Shown here in pieces: positions 48,592 to 58,099 of a stretch of DNA of 64,000 nucleotides. This DNA is from an uncultured Prevotella sp. (GTDB taxonomy: Bacteria; Bacteroidota; Bacteroidia; Bacteroidales; Bacteroidaceae). Location: positions 65 through 64,064 of the forward strand of contig URNN01000001.1 in NCBI GenBank assembly GCA_900549175.1, written 5' to 3'. The first letter of the stretch is position 1. Each line of letters opens with the position of its first letter. Made by a program: the position numbers and the translations under genes. The notes under the pieces are model-generated. The model saw nothing but the letters and a program-made list of their open reading frames with translations. It ran no database searches and had not been told where the DNA came from.

Positions 48592-49746
48592 TTATAATCG
48601 TGTGATGTAAATCTTCATCATGAGCATGGGCAAATCTGCTGTCCGCTTTTTATCCATGTGAAGTTGTCTGGCCAGATTGTCCGTCTCTTTCGGGAGGGCA
48701 TCGGCTAACTTGTAGTAGTCACTCTTATCCTTTTCCGAGAGGACGCTTACCGAGAGGTCGTCCATGGACATGAACGGCTGAATCATCATCAGCAGGTAGG
48801 CATGTAAGATCTTCTCGGATTTCACTTTGCCGCTTTTCAAATCTCTGACAGCCGCTTGTGCATTGCGGAGCAGGCGGAGATTTGTGCGCATGGCGAGGTA
48901 AATCATAGCGTCTTTATGGGACAGCTCCTTGCGGTCGGCGGCACGGAGTATCTGTACACAGCACTGTTCGGTATTCCTTGTTATGTCGGCAATGTTGCTG
49001 TCGGCAAAATCCGGCAGGTATTGCAGGAATTCCTTAAAGTGACGATGCTCCTCCATGATGAAGGCACGCAGGTCTTCCTTGCCGTGGATGCCTTTCTTCA
49101 CGGCTTTCTGCAAGAACAGCTGATAACGCTTCAGCACAGCCTGTTTCCCACCTTTATTATATACAGGCAGGCTGTCCAGAGACGCAAAGAACGGCTGTGC
49201 CTCTTTCATGGCTTGATGAAGTTCCTCATCATGTGCGTATGGAGAAGTCTGCTCCCTGAGGTATAACAAATCACGGTAACTGCGTTGTCTGGACATCGCC
49301 ATACGGCACAGTTCTATGCGGATAGAGTCCTTAATCTCACGATATGCCGCAAATGGATATGAGTGAGAGAAACCGGCAGTATCACGTGCCAGGCATGAGG
49401 CAACAGAGTCGTTCAGCACACGCCATTCACTGATTGCCTTGGCCAATGACTGGACGGAAACCTTGTCATCCTTTCGGAGATTGGTCAGGAAGCCGTGATA
49501 TTCACTGATGGCTTCATCACTTGAACGGAACGACATTATGTCATTTCCGTCTGAACACGCTGTCAGCATGAATGCGGCAATCGCGGTGGCAATACATGTG
49601 ACAAGTCTGATGCCGCCATTTGAGTTTGATTTTGTAAAAAGGTGGTTCTGCTTTTTGCAATGAAGGATGACACATCCCCTGCAATGTTGATTTTTATATG
49701 TCATACTATTAACTTTTTGAGTCTGATTTTGAATTTGACGATGCAA
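48592..49746 (-). CDS. Helical lipoprotein (start uncertain)
   Basis: Lipobox-like AAFMLTAC. Confidence 0.7.
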   Translation of the reverse strand: MHRQIQNQTQKVNSMTYKNQHCRGCVILHCKKQNHLFTKSNSNGGIRLVTCIATAIAAFMLTACSDGNDIMSFRSSDEAISEYHGFLTNLRKDDKVSVQSLAKAISEWRVLNDSVASCLARDTAGFSHSYPFAAYREIKDSIRIELCRMAMSRQRSYRDLLYLREQTSPYAHDEELHQAMKEAQPFFASLDSLPVYNKGGKQAVLKRYQLFLQKAVKKGIHGKEDLRAFIMEEHRHFKEFLQYLPDFADSNIADITRNTEQCCVQILRAADRKELSHKDAMIYLAMRTNLRLLRNAQAAVRDLKSGKVKSEKILHAYLLMMIQPFMSMDDLSVSVLSEKDKSDYYKLADALPKETDNLARQLHMDKKRTADLPMLMMKIYITRL

Positions 49747-49952
49747 AGTTAATGTATTTCAATGGTATTGATGCAATATTTGTTACAAGTTTAATCTTAT
49801 TTGTGCATCATACTTACGAGTTTGATTTGCAATGAAATCAACTGAAAGAAAACATGGAAATTTTTGTCTCAAAGTTTGATTTATCTTTCAAGTATGATAA
49901 TTTCTCAGAAAAATCATGTACCTTTGCACTTGATTTCACCTTCGGGGCATTG

Positions 49953-50005
49953 TTGGCTGCGCTCGGCATAGCCAAAGCAAGCTTTACTCTGCTCCCGTTG
50001 GCACA
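49953..50005 (-). repeat. Related short structured repeat in the 5' region of the resolvase-like gene
   Basis: Minus strand GAGCAGAGTAAAGCTTGCTTTGGCTATGCCGAGCGCAGCC. Confidence 0.65.
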
Positions 50006-50032
50006 ATAATTCGTTTAATATCGTACAACAGT

Positions 50033-50656
50033 ATGGCAAAAGTAGGTTACATCTTTATCGCCGCTGATGGCGAAGACTATTCAGAAGAAAAGGCTTGGAT
50101 GCAGCAGTACGGCTGTGTGCAGGTCATAGAGGAGTTGTCCGAACATGAGAGGCTGCGCCCGATGTGGAAACAGCTTATAGCAAGCCTGGAACGTGGCGAC
50201 GAGCTGGTGGTGTCAAAGTTCAGCAATGCCCTGCGCGGCACCCGTGAACTGGCGACATTCATAGAATACTGCCGTGTGAAGGTCGTGCGTATCATATCTA
50301 TAAAAGACCGCATCGACACATTCGACGAACTTTTCCCGGACACCAAGCCGTCACAGGTCATCCAGATGATAGGGTCGCTGTCTGAGGAATGTGCCGTGCT
50401 CCGCAAGGCTTCGGCCCACATTATCCATCTGCAACAGAATATCAGACCGCCAAAGAAGACGGACAAGGCTCTGTCGAAGCTGGAGCGTGAGAAGAATATC
50501 GTAAATATGTACAACGAGGGTCACAGCATTGATGACATCTTCGCCATCAGCGGATTTACGAGCAGAAGTTCTGTGTTCCGCATACTCAACAAGTATGGTG
50601 TCACACTGAACCGTGGACCGCATAGCGGACCGCTGAAAAGAAAGAATAAACAATAA
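50033..50656 (+). CDS. Serine resolvase-like protein with C-terminal HTH; catalytic motif degenerate
   Basis: RPMWKQLIASLERGDELVVSKFS..; SRSSVFRIL HTH. Confidence 0.75.
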   Translation: MAKVGYIFIAADGEDYSEEKAWMQQYGCVQVIEELSEHERLRPMWKQLIASLERGDELVVSKFSNALRGTRELATFIEYCRVKVVRIISIKDRIDTFDELFPDTKPSQVIQMIGSLSEECAVLRKASAHIIHLQQNIRPPKKTDKALSKLEREKNIVNMYNEGHSIDDIFAISGFTSRSSVFRILNKYGVTLNRGPHSGPLKRKNKQ

Positions 50657-50658
50657 AT

Positions 50659-51417
50659 ATGGTACACAATAAGATTTACAAAAACGATTCAGAATACGTT
50701 ATTGCCAATGTTATGGATGACGTCGAGAACGTAGACGCAAGAGAATATTTAATTAATTTTCATGCTAAATCAATCTACCCTGCGATAAAAGCAATGGTTC
50801 AACAAGAAAAGGCTTTAGATGAAACGTGTAAAGATCCAAATGTTATCATGTTGGCATCAAAAAAAATGGCAGAGAATGAAATAGCTCACGCTGCTTCACT
50901 TGAAATTCCAGAAAATGTTAAATCGCTCTTCCTGAAAGAATTGTCAAAAAAAGAGCAAATATCCCTACTAAAAGGTATTTCAATAACAATAGAACAACTT
51001 GCTGCAATTTTTTTATATGCCAATGATAACGGATACAAGTTTAGCTGTTACAGATTTGAGAATACGCCAAAAAAATATGTTGGAGCAGACTTACCAAGTT
51101 TCATTCATCTATGTGAGGATAATTCCATTGAACATTATGGAGACACATCTTTAACAGATGGGCAAATGAAGGAACTTGTCACTGCATCACAATTTGTTTT
51201 AGCAAGGATTCTTAACAATGGAAAACATTGGCATTGTTTTTATCAAACTAGAAAAGGTATATTAGGCAATGAATCTGGAGAATATGGAAAAAAATCGCAC
51301 ATTCACTATATATCAGATTCATTTGGTATATCATTGGAAGATGTGGTTAAAGGATTTAAAGGTGGGATTTGCCCACACTCAAAAGTTCATATAATACTTG
51401 ATGAATCAAAAGGATAA
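50659..51417 (+). CDS. AT-rich hypothetical cargo protein
   Basis: 252-aa ORF with abrupt GC drop; His-containing motifs. Confidence 0.75.
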   Translation: MVHNKIYKNDSEYVIANVMDDVENVDAREYLINFHAKSIYPAIKAMVQQEKALDETCKDPNVIMLASKKMAENEIAHAASLEIPENVKSLFLKELSKKEQISLLKGISITIEQLAAIFLYANDNGYKFSCYRFENTPKKYVGADLPSFIHLCEDNSIEHYGDTSLTDGQMKELVTASQFVLARILNNGKHWHCFYQTRKGILGNESGEYGKKSHIHYISDSFGISLEDVVKGFKGGICPHSKVHIILDESKG

Positions 51418-51626
51418 AGTTATATAAACATGAAGTATTATAATAAATGAACTTATAATAGGACACACAAAAAACTAATTATTTTTAATTTTCAATGTTT
51501 ATATAAACAGACAAAAATATAACAGTTCTTCATCTTGATATCCCAAAGAGTATTGAGAAAATTTTAAAGTACACGAATTTCAAGTATCGCATCGGAATTT
51601 AGGAAATAAGAACAACAAAACAAATA

Positions 51627-52124
51627 ATGAAGAAACTATCAGCAAAAGAAATGAAAGCACTGAAAGTTATACACCTTATATGTGCAATTGCATGGTTTGG
51701 TTCCGCCATATCCATGAATCTGCTCCGCCATATCGTGGAAGCTAAAGATGCGACAGGAATGTATTGGATAGCTGAGATATTGGAAGCCATCGACATGAAG
51801 ATTCTCGTACCGGGAGCAATTGGATGCCTGCTTACGGGCACCATTTATGGAGTATTTACCAACTGGGGATTTTTCAGACACAGATGGCTTACCGTAAAAT
51901 GGGGACTGACCATGTTCATGATCCTGTTTGGCACATTCTGTATGGGACCATTGGTCAAAGAAAATGTGGTGATAGGGAAAGCGATAATGGAGGGGTGCGG
52001 TAATGCGTCAAAATATTGGTATAACGTGACAGCAAACGAATACACAGGTCTGATCCAAATAGCGTTGCTCACCATCGTAACCATCATATCGGTGTATAAG
52101 CCGTGTAAGAAAAGACAAAAGTGA
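51627..52124 (+). CDS. Four-TM membrane protein (DUF2269-like)
   Basis: KVIHL..W; TNWGFFRHRWLTVKW; SVYKP. Confidence 0.75.
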   Translation: MKKLSAKEMKALKVIHLICAIAWFGSAISMNLLRHIVEAKDATGMYWIAEILEAIDMKILVPGAIGCLLTGTIYGVFTNWGFFRHRWLTVKWGLTMFMILFGTFCMGPLVKENVVIGKAIMEGCGNASKYWYNVTANEYTGLIQIALLTIVTIISVYKPCKKRQK

Positions 52125-52137
52125 CAGTTGCATAATT

Positions 52138-52404
52138 ATGGATATTATAACAGGTTATCTTCTCGCCGTCAACATTGTATCTTTCATTCTGTACGGCATA
52201 GACAAATATAAAGCTAAAAGAGGAAAATGGCGCATATCAGAGGCTAAGCTGCTGACGATGGCAGTCATCGGCGGCAGTGTCGGAGCCTGGACTGGTATGA
52301 AAGTATGGCATCACAAGACCATGCACAAGAAGTTCACCATAGGTGTGCCTCTTGTGTTTGCTATTCAGGTGGCTCTTGCGATATACCTCCATGTCAGGGC
52401 ATGA
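52138..52404 (+). CDS. DUF1294 membrane protein
   Basis: YGIDKYKAKRGKWRISE..GGSVGA..HHKT. Confidence 0.9.
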   Translation: MDIITGYLLAVNIVSFILYGIDKYKAKRGKWRISEAKLLTMAVIGGSVGAWTGMKVWHHKTMHKKFTIGVPLVFAIQVALAIYLHVRA

Positions 52405-52470
52405 CTGTCTGCTGCGCTTTTACAGGAAAGTGCAGACAAAAGAGAATGATGCCAATACCGATATCGGTCG

Positions 52471-52584
52471 TCAGCGGTCTCTTCTGAAATCGTTTCGTCT
52501 CTCTCCTCCGAGCATAGCCTTGAACACACAGCCCAAGACTCTGAACACGAAAAAGAACACGATAATTGCAATAATATCGTCCAT
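52471..52584 (-). CDS. 37-aa single-TM peptide
   Basis: MDDIIAIIVFFFVFRVLGCVFKAMLGGERRNDFRRDR*, directly after the SLOG gene. Confidence 0.5.
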   Translation of the reverse strand: MDDIIAIIVFFFVFRVLGCVFKAMLGGERRNDFRRDR

Positions 52585-52606
52585 AACTGTTTCTTATTTT
52601 AATGAA

Positions 52607-53104
52607 TTATACACTATTATATAGGTTCACCACTTCCAGCCCGTTTTGTCCAGCTTTCTTCACGGTGTAGAACGTACCGCCCTTGTCAGTGCCATCATGG
52701 TAGGCAATGAGCCGTGAACTGTGGTTTACCATATAGTCGTTACGCTTTAGAAGGCAGCCGTTGAAGTACCGCTCGCTCAATACGACAACGTCATCCACGA
52801 TACATAGGATGGCATCATACTTGGCTTGCGCTTCCTTGCTCCATCTGTCAGACTGACCACGGAACGGCACAACGGCTATCACCTGCAAGTCCTTCAACTC
52901 GCTTTGCAACGAAAGGGCGGCTTCTGCCGCCAGCAGGTCAAATCCCATTGCCATGCCGCAATAGAAACACCTGAAGCCGTCAGCGTATGCTTTGGCTATC
53001 TCGGATTTAAGACGTTGTTTCAAGTCACTCCGCCCTGCAAAAGGAACATTACGGTGTCCGCTGAAGCATACGGCCACAACTTTGTCATACTTTAACTTGG
53101 TCAT
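52607..53104 (-). CDS. SLOG family (YspA/DUF1273-like) protein
   Basis: CFSGHR, GMAMGFD, RNDYMVNHS, GGTFYT. Confidence 0.85.
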   Translation of the reverse strand: MTKLKYDKVVAVCFSGHRNVPFAGRSDLKQRLKSEIAKAYADGFRCFYCGMAMGFDLLAAEAALSLQSELKDLQVIAVVPFRGQSDRWSKEAQAKYDAILCIVDDVVVLSERYFNGCLLKRNDYMVNHSSRLIAYHDGTDKGGTFYTVKKAGQNGLEVVNLYNSV

Positions 53105-53105
53105 A

Positions 53106-53672
53106 TCATTTCACTTTGTAGTGGGTTCTTGCGAGAAATACACCTCCGAGTACATTTGCACCGAGACCTTCAAGCTGGTTGGCATAGACGGCATAACTCA
53201 GTCCCTTGGTTATCACATCGTCAAAGACAACCACCGACTTGCCGTTGAAAAAAGCCGAATCAAACTCTATGACGTTGACTTTTCTGACTTCTTTCTCTGC
53301 CTTGCGGTGCTCATGGATTGTCAGCCGCTCGCCACTCACCGACACATAATCATAGCCGTTAATGGCTCCGGTCAGCTCGCACACCCTTTGGCAGAAAGCC
53401 TTGTAGCGGATTTCGTTCTTCTCACTGGATGATGCCGGCACTGGGGAAAACACGATGTTGGCGCATGATGCCCCATAACGCTCGGTCATAGCTGTTGCGG
53501 TGCGTTGCGCAACCTCCTCATATGCCCGTCCGTCCTTGAAGTCGAACACTAATTGTCGGTCGGAAATCTCTTTCTCTCCCACGTTGCGTATGCGTGCAGG
53601 GTAATACTTGCAGAACCATGTCTGTGGCTTGTCAAGCTGTCCTTGAAGTTCAATGTCTATCGTCTTTGCCAT
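53106..53672 (-). CDS. Phosphoribosyltransferase (ComF-like)
   Basis: PVPAS; VVVFDDVITKGLS. Confidence 0.85.
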   Translation of the reverse strand: MAKTIDIELQGQLDKPQTWFCKYYPARIRNVGEKEISDRQLVFDFKDGRAYEEVAQRTATAMTERYGASCANIVFSPVPASSSEKNEIRYKAFCQRVCELTGAINGYDYVSVSGERLTIHEHRKAEKEVRKVNVIEFDSAFFNGKSVVVFDDVITKGLSYAVYANQLEGLGANVLGGVFLARTHYKVK

Positions 53673-53683
53673 ATCTCTGATTT

Positions 53684-53880
53684 ATTTTCTTTCCCTCTGC
53701 TTGACTGTTTCTCAGCCTGTACGAGGGATATTTTTTGCTTTATCAGAGTGGTGGCGAACAAAAAGCCAAATCGGGAACGAAAAATACACTCTGCACACAA
53801 GAGGAAGATTTTTCGTTTAATGATAATGTACGATTTGGTGTTTGAACAATCGCCAACATTACCTTTGCAAAACAATATCT
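53684..53880 (-). repeat. Long-hairpin upstream element C
   Basis: GATATT..GGCGA..CCAAATCG / CGATTTGG..TCGCC..AATATC; start shared with 56613. Confidence 0.65.
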
Positions 53881-53999
53881 ACAGAGACATGGCTGACATA
53901 AGTGATACATTACCCGTAGGAGAAAGGGCGGAATGGTGTGGGGCGAAGCTGTATAAACGGAGACTTGCCAGCCTATAACGGCAAAGGAATGATATTTAT

Positions 54000-54095
54000 A
54001 TAAGTAGCGGAATAGTACATACTAAGGTTAGGAAATACTACAATCAGTATAATAGTAAAGAAGGAGTCACTACTAACTATAGTTGGCTATAATAG
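54000..54095. repeat. TACTA/TAGTA-rich array downstream of the par genes (parS-like)
   Basis: Clustered TAGTA/TACTA motifs. Confidence 0.5.
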
Positions 54096-54104
54096 AAGGG
54101 GTTT

Positions 54105-54135
54105 CGGTATCATCGCCAGTCCGACGATGATACCG
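54105..54135 (-). terminator. Hairpin after the par operon
   Basis: CGGTATCATCG/CGATGATACCG. Confidence 0.65.
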
Positions 54136-54161
54136 CGCGGCACTTTTCGCCTTTAGCCCCA

Positions 54162-54434
54162 TCATGTGTCATGCCGCTCAAGATATTCTTGCATCGCCTC
54201 ATTTACAATATCACGTAAGGACATTCCTTTCTTGATGGCAAGGTACTTCATCTTTGTGTGTATGCTTTTGTTGATAAGGAAGTTGCAGTGTACCGGCACT
54301 TCGGTAGCCACTGATACGGAAACAGATGTCTTTGTTTCCATGGGCTTCTGTTCCTTTGCCGGCTTTTGGGTGGAGGAAAGTAGTCCGTTGAGACCGCCTT
54401 TCATTCCTTCTTTCAATAATTCTCTTTTGTTCAT
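54162..54434 (-). CDS. Small ribbon-helix-helix partition partner (type Ib ParB/ParG-like)
   Basis: CNFLINKSIHTKMKYLAIKKGMSLRDIVNEAMQEYL; downstream of parA. Confidence 0.75.
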   Translation of the reverse strand: MNKRELLKEGMKGGLNGLLSSTQKPAKEQKPMETKTSVSVSVATEVPVHCNFLINKSIHTKMKYLAIKKGMSLRDIVNEAMQEYLERHDT

Positions 54435-54441
54435 AGTTATG

Positions 54442-55197
54442 CTATTTGAGGTTCAACACTTCTTTTGCCAACGACATATAATCATTGGCACCATTGGATT
54501 TTGGATTGTACTCAAAGATGGTCTTGCCGTTGATGGGTGCTTCCGCCAAAGCCACATTGTCACGGATGATTGTCTTGAAGACTTTCTCGTGAAAACTGTC
54601 ATTGACGATTTCCCTCACACTTCGGTTTAAGGTCTTGCGCCTGTCAAACTGGGTGATGACGATGCCGCCCACTTTCAGACATGGGTTAAGCCGTTCCTGA
54701 ACAATGCGGATGATGTCCATAAGTTTTGCCATACCCCTCATGGCAAGATACTGCGCCTGTACGGGGATGATAATGTAGTCAGCCGCCGTGAGGGCATTCA
54801 ATGTAAGCAAGCCCAATGACGGAGGACAGTCAATAATGACATAATCAAAGGGCTGTACGGCAATGGCTTTGACGATAAGTCCTTTCAATATCAGTTCTCG
54901 CCCTGGTTCGCTGATAAGTTCAGACTCGGCAGCAGAGAGGTCAAGGCATGAGGGCGAGAGCGTGATGCCGTTCTCCAACTTGGCCAACGGCAAGGAATAA
55001 TGACCGCTCATTGCACCATATACGGTTTGCTCTTCCTCAATGGATAGTCCAAAAGCCTCGGTCATATTGGCTTGTCCGTCCATATCTATCGCCAAAACAT
55101 GTTTCTTTTTCAGTTGCAGGGCTGCTGCAAGATTTACGGCGGTCGTGCTTTTCCCGACACCGCCCTTATGGTTCAAGATTGAGATTATCTTTGTCAT
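54442..55197 (-). CDS. parA: ParA/Soj ATPase
   Basis: KGGVGKST, DMDGQAN, DCPPSLG. Confidence 0.95.
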   Translation of the reverse strand: MTKIISILNHKGGVGKSTTAVNLAAALQLKKKHVLAIDMDGQANMTEAFGLSIEEEQTVYGAMSGHYSLPLAKLENGITLSPSCLDLSAAESELISEPGRELILKGLIVKAIAVQPFDYVIIDCPPSLGLLTLNALTAADYIIIPVQAQYLAMRGMAKLMDIIRIVQERLNPCLKVGGIVITQFDRRKTLNRSVREIVNDSFHEKVFKTIIRDNVALAEAPINGKTIFEYNPKSNGANDYMSLAKEVLNLK

Positions 55198-55200
55198 AAT

Positions 55201-55320
55201 GTGATACTATTGTTAGTGAATACTACTTTGCTACTCTTAGTATCTGCTATTCGTAGTAAGGTAGTGTCTCCTACTATACTACGAACAACAGTTACTATTT
55301 TTAGTCAATACTACTATCAT
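55201..55320. repeat. TACTA/TAGT-rich array upstream of parA (parS/operator-like)
   Basis: Densely repeated TACTA/TAGTA/TAGTG motifs. Confidence 0.55.
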
Positions 55321-55321
55321 A

Positions 55322-55744
55322 TCAGAAGGGCAAGTCCTCACTCTTGTCCTGCGGTGCATCGGCTGGCGGTTCGGGAGTGCTGCCCTCGGCATTGACTGCC
55401 TTTCGTGCCTGTGCAGCAGTGCTGTCGGTTGCTTCTTTCTTGCCGACATTGACAAAGGCGATAGAGTCAGCAATGATACTGTGCTGGATATGGCTCTCGC
55501 TGTTGCGGTCTGTCCAAATGGAAGATGTCAGCGTACCCTCAACAAGTACCATGCGTCCCTTTGTGAGGTATTCAGCCAGTCGGATATGGTTCTCCTTGCT
55601 GCTTTTTACCCTTACCCAAGTGGTGATATTCATTCCCTTACTGTAGTCGTCCACGGCAATGTCAACAGCCATGAATGTTCCATGTGTTCCTGTGATGACG
55701 CGGCTGTCCTTGCCGATACGTCCGATAGTGTGAATGTAAATCAT
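55322..55744 (-). CDS. ssb: Single-stranded DNA-binding protein
   Basis: IGRIGKD, YLTKGRMVLVEG, C-terminal EDLPF. Confidence 0.9.
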   Translation of the reverse strand: MIYIHTIGRIGKDSRVITGTHGTFMAVDIAVDDYSKGMNITTWVRVKSSKENHIRLAEYLTKGRMVLVEGTLTSSIWTDRNSESHIQHSIIADSIAFVNVGKKEATDSTAAQARKAVNAEGSTPEPPADAPQDKSEDLPF

Positions 55745-55794
55745 AATGTTATTTTGTTAGTGGCAAGTTGGTTAGGCTTGCCGTTACCTTGTTT

Positions 55795-56025
55795 TCAATA
55801 TCCTTTCTTAGTCTGCCTTGTGTTGGCGACAAATGACTTGTTGCTGCCTGTGAGACTGATAGAGCCGCAATTCACGAAATCCCCGTCCGCATAGACTTTG
55901 TATTTCTGTCCGCTGACCTTGTGTCCCTGTTTCATGCGCTCCCGCATCCATTTCTTGGCTGCGGTTAAGGCGCAAAAGGTCTCGCTCTCCCTGGTACTCT
56001 CATCATATACGATGCACTGTGTCAT
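55795..56025 (-). CDS. Hypothetical leading-region protein
   Basis: ORF in operon. Confidence 0.65.
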   Translation of the reverse strand: MTQCIVYDESTRESETFCALTAAKKWMRERMKQGHKVSGQKYKVYADGDFVNCGSISLTGSNKSFVANTRQTKKGY

Positions 56026-56037
56026 ATTTGTTTCCTC

Positions 56038-56589
56038 CTATCTCCATGTCCTAATGTTTGACGTCACATAGTCCAACTGACCGCCAAATATGTCGCTTGG
56101 CTCTATTCCGTATTGCTCGCCACGGTCTTGCTTGTCATCACCGATAAGAGACAGGTTGCCGTCGGCATCCACCCGTGCGACATTGATTACAATATCGCAA
56201 GGCTCGTCAAAGAGATAACCAGCCACAATGGGGTGCTCTCCCTCAAAATGCACCTCAAAGCCGCCGTTAACCTCTTCACCATATTTGCGGAGAGCCGCTT
56301 TCAGTTCGTCCTGCTCACGGCCTTTCAACTCCTGAAGCTGTCCGTGGATGGTGAGGTCTTTCAGTTCCGCCTCTCGTTTGGTGTGGTTCGCCTCGCCAGT
56401 CTTTCGGTCGATGTCGAACTTGTGGTAAACCACAGGAACATGGTCTGTGGAAGCGGCAAGCCATGTGATGTTATTCACAGAGAAGCCCTTTCTGGAGAGG
56501 AACTCCTCAATGTCAGAGCCGATAAGATGGTCGGCTACGTCAAGATACTCGATGCGTGCGTCAGCATCATGCAGGATGATAATCTTCAT
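56038..56589 (-). CDS. Hypothetical leading-region protein
   Basis: Likely start MKIIILH; the upstream extension overlaps hairpin element D. Confidence 0.7.
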   Translation of the reverse strand: MKIIILHDADARIEYLDVADHLIGSDIEEFLSRKGFSVNNITWLAASTDHVPVVYHKFDIDRKTGEANHTKREAELKDLTIHGQLQELKGREQDELKAALRKYGEEVNGGFEVHFEGEHPIVAGYLFDEPCDIVINVARVDADGNLSLIGDDKQDRGEQYGIEPSDIFGGQLDYVTSNIRTWR

Positions 56590-56612
56590 TTCCTTATTTT
56601 TTAAGTGATACA

Positions 56613-56815
56613 TTTTTTTCTTTCCCTCCTTTCGAGACCTTTCAGCCTGTAAAGGGATATTTTCTGCTTTTTCAGGCCGCAGGAAAAGACATAAAGACAA
56701 ATTATGTGTGAAGAATACTCTTTTCCGTGGAAAAGGAAGATTGTTCACAGTCCGGGACCGCAAGCAGAATTTGACGATTGTCTCATAGCGGCTAATTTTG
56801 CAGGAAATATGCCTG
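56613..56815 (-). repeat. Long-hairpin upstream element D
   Basis: GATATTTTCTGC..GCCGC..AGACA / TGTCT..GCGGC..GCAGGAAATAT. Confidence 0.65.
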
Positions 56816-56899
56816 TCACAGTGCTGATTGGAAGAATATCTATGTAATCAATACAAGAGAAAAAATCATATATATAATAAAGGTGGAACGCAGAACTAA

Positions 56900-57690
56900 A
56901 AATGAATGGGTGGGCAGTGAAGCAGTCTCTGGTCTGCTGTACCGACATAAGACGAGTATGTTGAAAGTACGTGATGCAAGCCATCGAAGCGTCAGCCTTG
57001 ATGGCTTATGGCATGGACAGGTAATTTTCTCGTGTTGGTACTTCGGCATACTGTCATCGTTGGCTAATATCAACTTGTTGACATCAGCCAAGGGTGTCTG
57101 TATGACGACAGACCCTGTGACGCTCCGCAAAGGTGTGGGGCATAGCCGTATAATGAAGGAGTACTGTCTTACTGTATATAAAAGATAAGAAAGGTGAGAG
57201 TGAAGCATGGACATCCAAGAACTCGCTTGCCTTCAGACAAGCATGTTCTGTCCTTGCCTTGATCCACAAGGATAAATTGCAAGTAGCAGACTTGTATGCC
57301 ACCTGCAACTTACCTTTGTGGACAAGCACTTTCACCAATATATAAAAGGAGATTTTTGTATTAGAAAAGGAAAAGAATGATACAACAGTCATGGGTGGGC
57401 AGTGAATCGGCCGCAATATCGCCAGGTAGAACATCAGGACAAATGGACAGCCGGCAAGGGACACAAATCTTTGAAGCCTTGGCTTCGACAGCTTGTGGCA
57501 CAGACGGCCGTCCTTTCGCGTTCTGCCCTTAGCATATAGTCTTTCTTGGGTCATAGCGATTCAATCGCCATAAGCCAGGAATGTCTGTATGCCAACGATA
57601 TTGGTGACGCTTCGCAAAAGGTGGGACGCAGCGATAAAACAAGAAGCGACAGCATAGCTGTATATAACAGAAAGGACACATAGTGTAAAA
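56900..57690. repeat. Degenerate non-coding tandem duplication, period about 487 bp
   Basis: Several blocks recur at +486 to +488 (ATGGGTGGGCAGTGAA, TGTCTGTATG, GTGACGCTyCGCAAA, CTGTATATAA). Confidence 0.7.
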
Positions 57691-57792
57691 GTGGTATTCT
57701 TATGTATGGACAGGGTAAACTTGGCAGCCCATGCCGACTTCCCTTTGAATGAGAGTCACGGCATGGACTGCGTTGTCAGTCATTGCGGCTTG

Positions 57793-58080
57793 TCAGTCTT
57801 CAAAAGTCCATTCCGATATATTAATCTCTTCACCGTCTGTAATGCCATTGATAGGGTCACAGACGAATGTGCCGAAGAAGTTTACAGCCACACAGCCCCT
57901 TTTCAATGAGGCAGGTTCGCCCCCATCATCATCAGTATGCCTGATTTGATACCATTCCTTGTTTGACGGCAGTGTATCAACCGCAATTCTAAGGTCGATA
58001 AACTCGCCCCTGACAGAAATCCCATTTTCCAACACCAGTAACATTGGTGTCTTGTCCTCGCTGTTGTAATTGAATGTCAT
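57793..58080 (-). CDS. LPD28-like small protein
   Basis: FIDLRI..WYQIRHTDDD..VAVNFFGT. Confidence 0.65.
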   Translation of the reverse strand: MTFNYNSEDKTPMLLVLENGISVRGEFIDLRIAVDTLPSNKEWYQIRHTDDDGGEPASLKRGCVAVNFFGTFVCDPINGITDGEEINISEWTFED

Positions 58081-58099
58081 ACTCCTAAATTTTATATGA

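Noticed and set aside
57084..57554. 156-aa minus-strand ORF and other ORFs in 56745-57949
   Set aside because: No protein-like features; the region is better explained as a non-coding duplication
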